From: a virus
Lineage: Duplodnaviria > Caudoviricetes
Virus record (IMG/VR): IMGVR_UViG_3300049913_000045
Span: 1-34,066 of that record
Direction: 5' to 3' (one strand)
DNA length: 34,066 nt
The notes beneath the pieces are model-generated. The model had not been told where the DNA came from and ran no database searches. It saw only the letters and a program-made list of their open reading frames with translations. This document shows positions 14,676 to 24,055 of this stretch, piece after piece; position 1 is the first letter of the stretch; every line of letters starts with the position of its first letter. Made by a program: the position numbers and the translations under genes.

Positions 14676-16163
14676 GTGCCGGCGGTAGACACCCTCGCGC
14701 TGTTGGCGCAGGCCGCGGGAATGAAAATAGATCGTGAGGGTTTGCACGGGTTTGCCGCAGTTTTTTGGAAGGACGCTGGCGAGGCCGAAGAATTTAAAGA
14801 CAACTGGCACTTGTGGGCGCTCGCGAATGTGCTTGAGCAACACGCGCAATTCGCCATGGGCGACACTGTGATCAACGTTCCGCCGTCCACAGGCAAGACG
14901 CTGTGGACGCAAGTCTTTTGGCCTGCTTGGCTTTGGGGCACGTTGGACGCAGGCCGGAGGTTCATTTTCACGAGTTACGACAGGGATAAGATTCACCAAA
15001 CGGCCAGGCAGTTCTTGCGGCTGGTTCGTTCCCCGTTATACCAGGCGATGTTTCCAAAGGTGCGGCTGAGCCGCACCAACACAGCGGAAGCTGAAATCGA
15101 AAATACCGAGGGCGGCGTGCGCCTCGCCTACCAAATGGGCGGCGGAGTTACGTCTAAGCACGCGCACCATGTGGTATGTGATGATCCGGACAAGGCCGGT
15201 GAGACCTCGCCAGATCAATTCACCAAGACGCTAGAATTGTGGCGGAAAACATTTAGCACAAGACGTGCGGACCCAACACGGCACACAAATATTCTTGTAA
15301 TGCAGCGGTTGAATCATGACGACTTGGCCGGAGAAATGCTGCGGCCCCCGCATAATTACGAGCACGTTTGCTTCCCAATGCGTTATGTGCCCAACTGCCC
15401 ATGGGATCACGGTTGCTCGCTAGGGCGATTGGACATACGTACCGAGCCGGGGGAACTCCTTTGGGCCGATCGCTACACGCCAGAAGCCTTAGCCAAGATT
15501 GAAATCGCGCTTGAAACGCTGCAGAATGTGTCTGCGCAAATGCAGCAAAACCCAGTTCCGGAAACCGGCTCGTATTTTGAAGACTCTTGGTTTCGAACTT
15601 GGGATGTTCTGCCGGCAGTGCGTGCGATGCACATTGTGCAGAGCTGGGACCTCGGCTTTAAGGGGCGGGGCGGTAAAGGCACCGCCGACAGTTGGGTACA
15701 TGGCGCACTATGGGCGCAATGGGAAAAGCGCTACATGCTGCTTGACGAAGTCCACATACACGCCAATTACCCGGAAACCAAAAGGGCATTTGTTGCGGCG
15801 CAGGCGCGTAGTCTGTGGTCTGCTGCTGGGGAAATCCTAATAGAAGACAAAGCGAATGGTACGGCTTTGATAGCAGAGCTGCGTGAATTGCCGGATGTGC
15901 GGATATCAATCCGAGCAGTTGAGCCGCACGGCTCAAAAGAGGAGCGTGCCAAGCGCCACAGCGCCAAGGCGGAAGATGGCCGGTTGTGGCTGCCGCCTGC
16001 GCACGTCGCACCGTGGGTAGCCGAATTTCGGGCCGAGCTGGTGCGGTTTCCGAACCAAAAAGCGAACGATCGTGTGGACACAACCACACAAGCCCTTGAC
16101 CGACTGGGGGTTGGTGGTGCATACTCAAAAGATCTGTGGCAGAAAATTCTGGAGAATATGTAG
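14676..16163 (+). CDS. terL: Terminase large subunit
   Basis: INVPPSTGKT Walker A, VVCDDP Walker B, MQRL, QSWD, IEDKANG, DRVD. Confidence 0.95.
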   Translation: MPAVDTLALLAQAAGMKIDREGLHGFAAVFWKDAGEAEEFKDNWHLWALANVLEQHAQFAMGDTVINVPPSTGKTLWTQVFWPAWLWGTLDAGRRFIFTSYDRDKIHQTARQFLRLVRSPLYQAMFPKVRLSRTNTAEAEIENTEGGVRLAYQMGGGVTSKHAHHVVCDDPDKAGETSPDQFTKTLELWRKTFSTRRADPTRHTNILVMQRLNHDDLAGEMLRPPHNYEHVCFPMRYVPNCPWDHGCSLGRLDIRTEPGELLWADRYTPEALAKIEIALETLQNVSAQMQQNPVPETGSYFEDSWFRTWDVLPAVRAMHIVQSWDLGFKGRGGKGTADSWVHGALWAQWEKRYMLLDEVHIHANYPETKRAFVAAQARSLWSAAGEILIEDKANGTALIAELRELPDVRISIRAVEPHGSKEERAKRHSAKAEDGRLWLPPAHVAPWVAEFRAELVRFPNQKANDRVDTTTQALDRLGVGGAYSKDLWQKILENM

Positions 16164-16164
16164 C

Positions 16165-16266
16165 ATGCGCAAAATTCGGTTATGGGCATTGACCGCTTGG
16201 GTCTATCTCCGGGGCGGCCACTCTTACTTCGGCTTGTGCATGCGTGGTGACTGGGACCGGCCATGA
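16165..16266 (+). CDS. 33-aa peptide coupled to the portal start
   Basis: GGAG upstream; stop overlaps portal ATG (ATGA). Confidence 0.35.
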   Translation: MRKIRLWALTAWVYLRGGHSYFGLCMRGDWDRP

Positions 16267-17636
16267 GCGTACTCGAAGGCGCGAAGCTGATCCTAGACGG
16301 TTGGGTCAACACGCTGTCTGGATTGGGCACGTCAAGGGACCGACGCAGCAACACGCTGCTACAAGCAGCGCCGGAGCTGACGTATCAAACGCTTGATACG
16401 TTATACAATGAGAATTGGGTTGCTCGCCGAATCGTAGAGCTGCTCCCAGCGCAGGCCTTTCGCAAGGAGCCGACAGGCATCGATGAGAATGATTGGAAGA
16501 CTTGGCACAAGCTGAACCAGCACGAACTGTACCCGCACGGTGTGTTTTTGCAGGGGCTGTTCGCCGGGCGCTGCTTTGGCGGCGCTGTCGTGGTGCCAGG
16601 ATTCAAATACGGAAATCCAACAGACCCTGCACCTGAACCCGGGCCGCAATCGGCGATGTATTGGCTTGACGTTGTGCCGTGGCACATGCTCACTATCGAT
16701 GCCCGCGAGACCGACGCCAATTCCCCACGGTACAAACTCCCTAAGATTTTGCGCATAGTTGGGCAGCATCCGCGCAGCGGGCTCGCTTTCCATATCGATC
16801 GCGCTGTGATTTGCGAGGGGGCCGCTCGTGCACAGCCGACCGTACAGGGAAACATAACCCCGTGGCAATCTGTGCTGCAGGCGGTAAACGAAACGCTAAG
16901 AGATTATGATGTCTCGTGGGGAAGCGTGAGCAACCTGCTGGATGAGGCATCCGTCGGAGTAATGAAACTCCAAGGTCTGTTCAAGATGCTGGCCGAGAAA
17001 GATCAGTCAGTCGCGCAAGCGCGCATGGCAACAATGGTCGCCAGCAAGAGCATGATTCGGACACTATTCCTCGACGCGGATGGCAATGAATCATTCGAGC
17101 GCACCGAGGTGTCGTTTGCCTCCTTGCCGCAACTTATGCAGCAGATCAATCTGCGCACTGCGGGCGGCGCTGGACTCCCCGCAACCAAGCTTTTTGGGCA
17201 GGAACCGGCAGGTATGAGTGCTACAGGCGAGAGCGACATCAGGCAATTCTACGACGATGTGGCTGAGTACCGTACACGCAACGCGGTAAAACTTGAACGT
17301 CTAATGTCTTGGGCGCTTGGCAAGCCTGTCGAATTGGATTGGCCGAGCCTGTGGGAGCAGACCGACAAAGAGCAAGCAGAGACGCGATTTTTGAACGCGC
17401 AGGCCGATAAGATTTGGGCGGTGGACATTGGCGCGCTCAACGCGCTGGACGTGGCCAAATCACGGGCGGCGGATGGGTCATTTGGCATTGAAGTAGACAT
17501 CGCTGAAATCGAGAATGACATCAAAGAGCAGGCGCTAGAAGTTGAGCGCAAAGCAGCTGCTGCGAATGCGAATCCAAATGCGCCACAGCCGAACCCCCCA
17601 GCAGCGAAGCCTCCCGCACCGCCGCTCGCCGGGTGA
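16263..17636 (+). CDS. Portal protein (DUF1073-type)
   Basis: LY..NWVARRIVE, P.TKLFGQ.PAGMSATGESD...FYD, LW. Confidence 0.92.
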   Translation: MSVLEGAKLILDGWVNTLSGLGTSRDRRSNTLLQAAPELTYQTLDTLYNENWVARRIVELLPAQAFRKEPTGIDENDWKTWHKLNQHELYPHGVFLQGLFAGRCFGGAVVVPGFKYGNPTDPAPEPGPQSAMYWLDVVPWHMLTIDARETDANSPRYKLPKILRIVGQHPRSGLAFHIDRAVICEGAARAQPTVQGNITPWQSVLQAVNETLRDYDVSWGSVSNLLDEASVGVMKLQGLFKMLAEKDQSVAQARMATMVASKSMIRTLFLDADGNESFERTEVSFASLPQLMQQINLRTAGGAGLPATKLFGQEPAGMSATGESDIRQFYDDVAEYRTRNAVKLERLMSWALGKPVELDWPSLWEQTDKEQAETRFLNAQADKIWAVDIGALNALDVAKSRAADGSFGIEVDIAEIENDIKEQALEVERKAAAANANPNAPQPNPPAAKPPAPPLAG

Positions 17637-17673
17637 CCGGGCTCCGGCAGCGCGTACGGTCGCGCGCCGTGAG

Positions 17674-19293
17674 GTGCGCCGTCTCGCGCCTGTAGTCGTG
17701 CAAGCGCACGGGGCACCGCCCGGCGCTGTGCTCGCAATGCAAGAGGCGTACTTGATTGTGATGCGCGGCGTGCACGCGGAACTGATCGGCCGCTATGTGC
17801 AGGATTCTTCGGGCGTAAAAAGCAGCTGGATCAAGCGAGCAATGGCTTGGGTGCGGCGCGCGGTTGGCACAATCCAATCGAGCGTGGACGAGGATGCGAA
17901 GAAACTCCCATCAATCCCGCAGGCAAAAGTAGCGGGCGGTGCTGCCGCGGTCCGTGCATTTGAGACACGCAATGCGGGCCTAATCAAGACGATCGCAGCC
18001 GAGCACACGCAACGCGTAGCGGACGTCGTGCGGGAAGCCGGCGGGGCGCACGTCAAGGGGCTCGCCGCGAAGTTGCAATTGGAATTCGCGATTAGTGAAA
18101 GCAAAGCGAAATTTTGGGCTCGAGACCAAACGCTTAAGCTGCACGCAGACATTGTGCAAAGCAAACATCAGCAGCTGGGAATCACGCATTACGTGTGGCG
18201 GACGAGCCAAGACGGCACGGTGCGGCATGATCATAGCGAGCTGAACGGCAAGACGTTTGCTTATTCGGACCCACCTGTTGTCAACGCGAGCCGAGTCGCG
18301 AGGGGGGAAGCGCCGCGCAAGCGCAATCCAGGCAAAGATTACGAGTGCCGTTGTCATGCCGACCCTGTCCTCCCGACCGCGGGCGCTGTCGAGCAGCCCG
18401 CCCGGGCATTAGCGACAGCCGAGCAAGTACCGACCGCACCGACCACAAATTGGAGCGCTTTGCTGCAACCGCGGAAAGTAGCCCCTTTGCCGGAAGTACT
18501 TCCGGAATTCGCCGGCAGTCCGATCTTGCCAGAACCTTTTATTCCAGCGCGGGCCGTGCCAAATACGGCCGGAGCCGAGAAATCCGGAGCGGCTTTACGC
18601 GCCAAAGCTTCCGCCGCTGAGATTGAAGTAGTCGAAAGCATGCGCTATCGACTCAAGTCGAGCGCCGATCTTGCAGAGGCAAATGAGAAATATATGAGCA
18701 AGCAATTCAGTGGAAGCGATCCCCTAGTAGATGCAGAGGCCCAGCTAGGAGCAAAGACGTTTACAGCAAACGCCGATTTTAGTCTCATGCGACGCTACAT
18801 GCGTGGTGAGACTCGCGTCAGCATGATCTCCGAACGCATTAAATACGGTATAGAAGCCACGAAAGCGCAAGTGGACGTTGACAGGTCAATCCGAGCAACG
18901 CATGAGTTAGAGCGCGCGTTCAATCAAGCGGAAGACTCGCCGATTAAAACCGTCTATCGTGGAATTGGAGGTTACACAGACGCAGCTCTGAACAAACTGC
19001 TTGGTAGTGAAACGTATTCGATGCGCGGAGCAGCATCTTCCACTAGTTCTGAATTCGACATCGGACTTGACTTTGCTCGCGCTGGAGCGAACAAACGCAA
19101 AGGTCACGGGGTCGTCTTTAAGTTTGAGCGCAAGTCCAAAGGACTGGGTGTTGCGGCTATTTCAGAATATGTGAGTGAGAAAGAAGTCATTGTGCACGGA
19201 AATACACAGTGGAAAATAACATCCAGAGAACGCTTGGCCGATTTCCAACCCGGGCAGGAAATGTGGTTGATCCGCGCGATAGAGGTGCTATAG
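17674..19293 (+). CDS. MuF (gpF-like) minor head protein fused to an ADP-ribosyltransferase domain; start uncertain
   Basis: ARDQT.K, YVWRTSQD..VR..H..LNG, PG.DY.CRC, then YRG / SSTS / EKE. In-frame starts at 17542, 17674, 17698, 17737. Confidence 0.88.
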   Translation: MRRLAPVVVQAHGAPPGAVLAMQEAYLIVMRGVHAELIGRYVQDSSGVKSSWIKRAMAWVRRAVGTIQSSVDEDAKKLPSIPQAKVAGGAAAVRAFETRNAGLIKTIAAEHTQRVADVVREAGGAHVKGLAAKLQLEFAISESKAKFWARDQTLKLHADIVQSKHQQLGITHYVWRTSQDGTVRHDHSELNGKTFAYSDPPVVNASRVARGEAPRKRNPGKDYECRCHADPVLPTAGAVEQPARALATAEQVPTAPTTNWSALLQPRKVAPLPEVLPEFAGSPILPEPFIPARAVPNTAGAEKSGAALRAKASAAEIEVVESMRYRLKSSADLAEANEKYMSKQFSGSDPLVDAEAQLGAKTFTANADFSLMRRYMRGETRVSMISERIKYGIEATKAQVDVDRSIRATHELERAFNQAEDSPIKTVYRGIGGYTDAALNKLLGSETYSMRGAASSTSSEFDIGLDFARAGANKRKGHGVVFKFERKSKGLGVAAISEYVSEKEVIVHGNTQWKITSRERLADFQPGQEMWLIRAIEVL

Positions 19294-19300
19294 GTATTCC

Positions 19301-19489
19301 ATGCAACCAAAGCGCGGAACACTTTACGGACCAACGCACGGCACACTTGACGGGAAGCCAATCGAATTGGACGGCGAAGCATTCAAGGCTCTCGCTCTTG
19401 AGGTCCGGGCACGTATTGCTGTTGACTTCGGATACGGGCCTGTGCGCCCGTATCGGCAGTTTCTAGAGTCTTTTGACGAACAATCGTGA
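19301..19489 (+). CDS. Small hypothetical protein (candidate immunity partner)
   Basis: AGGT-N-ATG immediately after MuF-ART. Confidence 0.55.
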   Translation: MQPKRGTLYGPTHGTLDGKPIELDGEAFKALALEVRARIAVDFGYGPVRPYRQFLESFDEQS

Positions 19490-19517
19490 AACTCAACTCC
19501 AGACCCTGTGACCATAC

Positions 19518-19546
19518 TTGACACCGCAAGAAAGGTGTGCTAGCGT
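19518..19546 (+). promoter_or_regulatory. Promoter TTGACA-17-(TGc)TAGCGT inside an inverted repeat
   Basis: Consensus -35, extended -10; ACACC/GGTGT and GACCAT/ATGGTC arms. Confidence 0.65.
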
Positions 19547-19555
19547 CATGGTCTA

Positions 19556-20665
19556 GTGATTGTAGATTCTGGCGTCCTTGGAAAAATTAGACCGGCCCCC
19601 GGTGGCGGGCTAATTGTGCCGGCCCGTATCGGCCGAGCGGGCGTGCAGAATTACAAGCGTCCAGACGGCTCCACGGTGCGGGTATTCCGCCCCGCGGTTG
19701 AGGTGCAGAAGGCTGATTTTACCGGGGCGCCAATCACAGTCGGACATCCGATGGGTGGTGTATCGCCGGAGACGTGGACACAACACGCGCGCGGCACGGT
19801 GCGAGCGCAGGCTCCTGCTCTGACAGTAGTGGATGGGCAGCAGTGGTCAGAAGCTGAGTTGCAGGTGTCCACATCCGAAGTGCTTGATGGAGTCAAGACC
19901 GGAAAACTTGCGGAGTGTAGCTGCGCCTACGACTGTACTAAGGATTGGACGCCGGGAATTACCGATACGGGTGAAGCCTACGATGTGATATTTAGTAATT
20001 TAGTGCCGAATCATGTGGCACTTGGCGGCGCGGGCTTTGCGCGCGCTGGTAGAAATGCGCGAGTATTGATTTGTGACGGAGAGACGATGAAGGATGTATT
20101 TTCAGACACGACGCTGGTCGCCGACGCGGCCGACCTTGTTGCCCCGGCGCAGGATGTTAGTGCGCTGGCCAAGCTGATTGCCGATGGCAATGTCGAGGTA
20201 ACCCGACTGACGGGTGAGCTCGAACAGGCCAACGCCAAGCTTGCTGCTGCAGACGCTGCGGCAACGGCGAGCAAAGCAGCCCTGCCCAAGCTGGTATCTG
20301 ACGGCGTTGCTGTCGAGCTGGCCTTCAGGGCAAAGGTAACCCCCGTGCTACCAAAAGACTTCGTTTTTGACGGCAAAACGCACCGCGAGGTGTTGACCGT
20401 TATCGCAACCAAACTCGATCCCAAATTCGTTGTCACGGACGCGGTAACGGACACGTACCTCGAGGCATATGTGGACGCGGCTAGCAAGTACGCGGCTCCT
20501 GCTGCGCACGATTTCAATCAAGACGGAGCGTCTGTTGTGCCCGCAACCGACCCGGCAAAGCACATCGCCGACAGTACCAAGAACCTTTGGAAAGGCGAAG
20601 CGGCCAACACCGCCAGCCTGACCGATCAACTCGCAGCGGCCATTGCCAAGCTGGGGAGCAAATAA
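19556..20665 (+). CDS. Prohead protease/scaffold (DUF2213-type)
   Basis: R.GVQ.Y, PITVGHP, ECSCAY, NHVAL...ARAG; coiled C-terminal half. Confidence 0.88.
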   Translation: MIVDSGVLGKIRPAPGGGLIVPARIGRAGVQNYKRPDGSTVRVFRPAVEVQKADFTGAPITVGHPMGGVSPETWTQHARGTVRAQAPALTVVDGQQWSEAELQVSTSEVLDGVKTGKLAECSCAYDCTKDWTPGITDTGEAYDVIFSNLVPNHVALGGAGFARAGRNARVLICDGETMKDVFSDTTLVADAADLVAPAQDVSALAKLIADGNVEVTRLTGELEQANAKLAAADAAATASKAALPKLVSDGVAVELAFRAKVTPVLPKDFVFDGKTHREVLTVIATKLDPKFVVTDAVTDTYLEAYVDAASKYAAPAAHDFNQDGASVVPATDPAKHIADSTKNLWKGEAANTASLTDQLAAAIAKLGSK

Positions 20666-21165
20666 TGCAAACGTTCGCAGAAACCGTTACGCCAAGACGC
20701 GGCACCCCCGCAGATATCGATTACGATACCGACTCGGTGTTGCTCGAGGCAGCCACGCCAGCTGGTGTGGTTGTTTCTCAGGGCACTGCTGTTGACGGCG
20801 CTGTCGTACCGGCTTCAGCCGCCGCTGTGATCGCTGCAATAGGTGTTGTGATTTACAATCCGCTGCAGCCCGCTCCTAGCGATGTTGCTACTACCAACGA
20901 TTTCCCGGCCGGTACTGCCGCGTTTGTCATGACCGAAGGCGACATTTGGATGGTCTGCGAGGATGCGATCAACGCAGGTGCTCAGGTCTACTGTCGGTGG
21001 GCTGCTAACGGCGGCGGCAAAACGCAGCTCGGTGCGGTCCGATCTGATAACGACGGCGGTGGAGCTACGGTAGCCCTCTTGCCAAATTGCCGCGCAAAGA
21101 GCACATCTGCTGGTGCCGGCGTGGTCAAGCTTCGAATCAATTTGCCATTCGCGCCTAGCGTCTAG
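20665..21165 (+). CDS. Head decoration/cement protein
   Basis: Between scaffold and capsid; V.TEG.IW motif; GGAG RBS. Confidence 0.75.
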   Translation: MQTFAETVTPRRGTPADIDYDTDSVLLEAATPAGVVVSQGTAVDGAVVPASAAAVIAAIGVVIYNPLQPAPSDVATTNDFPAGTAAFVMTEGDIWMVCEDAINAGAQVYCRWAANGGGKTQLGAVRSDNDGGGATVALLPNCRAKSTSAGAGVVKLRINLPFAPSV

Positions 21166-21173
21166 GATAACTA

Positions 21174-22106
21174 ATGACCATTCTACTCCAAAAGCAACTC
21201 GACTATGTTGGTGCTCAACGCATCCAGCAATTCCGCCCGAGCAAGTTTCGACGCATTCTGCCGGTTGATGGCAGCGTCCCCGCTTGGGCAGACCGCGTGC
21301 AACACTCTGAGATTCGGATTTCCGGCGAGCACGACCCCAAGCTGATTCCAGCGTCGGGCCCTGTTGGCAAGCTGCCACGCAGCACGCTGTCCCGAGCGGA
21401 CGCATTCATCAATATCTTGCACTTCGGGTACAGCTATGGGTACAGCATCTTTGATCTCGAGCGCGCCGCGCAAACCAAGATCAATCTGCCGGCCACGGAA
21501 GCTATAGCGAATCAAGGCATTGCCGAGCGGTTCCTTGATGCGGTTGCCGCTGGCGCCTTTACGGTGACCTACGGCCTGCCGGGCCTGCTCAATCAGACTG
21601 CCACGGCGGCCACACCAGGTGTTGCGACGACCACGGCTAGTCTGCTGACAGCCTGCGCAAAGGCCAGCGGCGGTACGACCTGGGTGGGCGCGACATTAAC
21701 CGAGATCAAGCGCGACATCGACGCAAGTCTCTATCAGATCAACGTCAACACGCTCGAGGTGTACACTGCGAATCTGATCGCATTGCCGCCTGCTAGCATG
21801 CAGTACCTGACTACTACATTTAATGAGATCACCGAACACAGCTTGCTCCAGATTCTCATGTCCACATACCCGGGAGTCCGCTTCGAGTCTTGGCAGCGTT
21901 TGGCCACGGCCAACGCGGCCGGTACCGGCCCGCGTATGGTTACCATGGCGACCGGCGAAGAGGTCGCACGGATGATCATACCGCAAGAGTTGCGGGATGA
22001 GACCCCGATGCAAGTACCTCTTGCCGTCGAAATCCCGCAGTGGTTGTCCACAGCCGGCGTGCTCGTCGAGACTCCCACGGCCATTAACTACACGGATGGT
22101 ATCTAA
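21174..22106 (+). CDS. Major capsid protein (DUF2184-type)
   Basis: Y.YSIFDLERA, GLLN, GV.V..P.AI.Y.DGI C-terminus. Confidence 0.9.
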   Translation: MTILLQKQLDYVGAQRIQQFRPSKFRRILPVDGSVPAWADRVQHSEIRISGEHDPKLIPASGPVGKLPRSTLSRADAFINILHFGYSYGYSIFDLERAAQTKINLPATEAIANQGIAERFLDAVAAGAFTVTYGLPGLLNQTATAATPGVATTTASLLTACAKASGGTTWVGATLTEIKRDIDASLYQINVNTLEVYTANLIALPPASMQYLTTTFNEITEHSLLQILMSTYPGVRFESWQRLATANAAGTGPRMVTMATGEEVARMIIPQELRDETPMQVPLAVEIPQWLSTAGVLVETPTAINYTDGI

Positions 22107-22107
22107 T

Positions 22108-22743
22108 ATGGGCCAAATCCCCTCTCCGATGAATCCCGGTGCTGGCGCAATTGCGAATCTCGCTAGCGCACTGACAACCGTTGAGACCAACTACACCGGC
22201 GGAGCCAACGAGCAAGCGAACCTCGGAGCTGGTTTGCTTCAAGCCGAAGGCGATATTAACGCACTGCAGACTGCGGCCGCGCTGATCGAATCCAATTACA
22301 CGGGCGGCGACAACGAGCAGGCGACGGTTGGCGCGGCGTGCCTCGCGCTCGAAGCGCGCATCCACACGATGACCAAGGCGTTCAGCTTTACCGACGTTGC
22401 GGCACTCGGTGGTGTTGCCAGTGGCAGCATCGACTTCGCAGCCAACTTGCCAAACGGGGCAATCCCGGTCGGCGCGGGCATCAGTGTGACAGCAGTGTTC
22501 GACAACGTCGGCAATACTGCCAGCATGACATCTGCGATCGGAGTCAAGAGCGGCGACACGGACGGATACATGGTGGCAGGGTCGTGCGACGCGGTAGCCA
22601 AGATCGGCTCTCCCGGTGTGCTACTCGGCGGCTTGTGCGTCGGAACAGTAACCCCGAGCATCCTAGTTGATCCAGATGTTAACTGTGACACGATCACTAA
22701 AGGAACTGCTGTCGCATACGTGACGTATATCCTCGCCTTCTAA
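22108..22743 (+). CDS. Putative head fibre/decoration protein with an internal 35-aa duplication
   Basis: ETNYTGGANEQA / ESNYTGGDNEQA; C-terminal LP.GAI..V.AVFD beta-sandwich pattern. Confidence 0.6.
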   Translation: MGQIPSPMNPGAGAIANLASALTTVETNYTGGANEQANLGAGLLQAEGDINALQTAAALIESNYTGGDNEQATVGAACLALEARIHTMTKAFSFTDVAALGGVASGSIDFAANLPNGAIPVGAGISVTAVFDNVGNTASMTSAIGVKSGDTDGYMVAGSCDAVAKIGSPGVLLGGLCVGTVTPSILVDPDVNCDTITKGTAVAYVTYILAF

Positions 22744-22752
22744 AGGAGCCGC

Positions 22753-23040
22753 GTGGATGCCGCTACTTTCATCGCGTTGTTTCCCGAGTTTGCTGCCGTA
22801 AATGACCAGCAGCCTGCGCTCGTGCCAGTAACACTGGCACAGGTCGAATTGAGGGTCTCGGACAGTTGGGAAGCAACGCGAGATGAGATAGTAGGCCTCG
22901 AGTGTGCCGCATCAATCGCAGCAGGGCCATTGGGGCGGGCCGCGCAGATGCAAGCGAAAGACGGATCAACCACGTACAGCAAGCGCCTTGAATCCCGTTA
23001 CATTTCCCACGGGTGCGTTCACCCCAACCGAGTGATTTGA
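22753..23040 (+). CDS. Head-tail adaptor (DUF4054-like)
   Basis: AAGGAG RBS; F..LFPEF, T.Y. Confidence 0.75.
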   Translation: MDAATFIALFPEFAAVNDQQPALVPVTLAQVELRVSDSWEATRDEIVGLECAASIAAGPLGRAAQMQAKDGSTTYSKRLESRYISHGCVHPNRVI

Positions 23041-23045
23041 TTCCA

Positions 23046-23486
23046 ATGCCAAGCACCGTATCTGTTAAAGTCAACAAGCCGAAGTGGCCCGGGCGGGTCA
23101 CGATTCGGGTTGGTTTGCTTGAGCCGGACGTGTCGCATCCCGGTACAGATCTTTCCGCCGGAGAGATTCTAGAGGCGCATGAGTTTGGTCTTGGGAATGT
23201 GCCGGAGCGCTCTGTCATTCGCGCCGGATTCGACGAGCTACACGAAGAGATCGAACAGATCGCATTGCAGCAAATGCAGCTTGACCCAGCACTGGGCGCT
23301 GAGCGTGTCGCAATGAAAGCGGCCGCAATGTTTCAGAATCGCATGACCGCAGGCCTGTCTCCAGACCTTGCTGAAAGCACAAAGAAGCGTAAAGAAGCGC
23401 GTGGCATTTCTGCACCTTACAAACCGCTCATTGAAACCGGTTTACTCAAGAGCTTGATCGTTGGCGATGCGAAGGTGGAAGCATGA
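23046..23486 (+). CDS. Neck/tail-completion protein
   Basis: HEFG..NVPERS.IR, L..ST..RK, KPLIETG.L..I. Confidence 0.8.
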   Translation: MPSTVSVKVNKPKWPGRVTIRVGLLEPDVSHPGTDLSAGEILEAHEFGLGNVPERSVIRAGFDELHEEIEQIALQQMQLDPALGAERVAMKAAAMFQNRMTAGLSPDLAESTKKRKEARGISAPYKPLIETGLLKSLIVGDAKVEA

Positions 23487-24055
23487 CCACGGTCGTGCAA
23501 CTGCGCGCTGCAATCACGGCTGCGGTAGCACTTGCCGGATCCATTACGGCTAAGGCTGTTGTGTGGGACAAAGCCGGCCACGTGATTGCAGACCCCATTG
23601 TGCGGCTGAGCATTACCAGCGACATATCCGAGACGTCAGACCCGCGCACAGTGCGTGAGACCTCGCCGAGCGGAGACCTGACTATTGCGCTCAGCACGAG
23701 CCGCGTCGCTTCGATTCAACTTCGTACTGAGACCTCGGCGGCGGCCACCCCAACCGACGCACAGGTGCTGAGTGTCGGCATTGAATTAGGCCTGAGCTTG
23801 GCTTCAGTGACCGCGCTCCTGCAATCCGCCGGCGTCGCTCTTGTGCGCGTGCACCCGCACACGGACCTCTCATTCAGCAGCGGCGATTGTCTGATTTATG
23901 CGCGCACGTTCGACGCTGATTTTCGTTATGCATACGACCGAGCCGATCCGATCGCGCAGGGTATCATCGAGCACGTCAAAGTTTCTGGCGAACTCGCCAA
24001 TCCGGATATTACGGTGCCATCTAGCACCATTGATAAGCCAGTGGAGTCCACATAA
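23483..24055 (+). CDS. Tail terminator
   Basis: Position before sheath; R..FD..FRY, IE.V. Confidence 0.65.
   Translation: MTTVVQLRAAITAAVALAGSITAKAVVWDKAGHVIADPIVRLSITSDISETSDPRTVRETSPSGDLTIALSTSRVASIQLRTETSAAATPTDAQVLSVGIELGLSLASVTALLQSAGVALVRVHPHTDLSFSSGDCLIYARTFDADFRYAYDRADPIAQGIIEHVKVSGELANPDITVPSSTIDKPVEST

Noticed and set aside
16263-17636. Anti-CBASS Acb1 label sometimes attached to DUF1073 proteins
   Set aside because: Position and motifs indicate a portal; no 2H-phosphoesterase HxT pair is evident
17542-17673. MuF start at TTG 17542
   Set aside because: Overlaps the portal by 95 bp and encodes shadow-like sequence; a later start is more plausible
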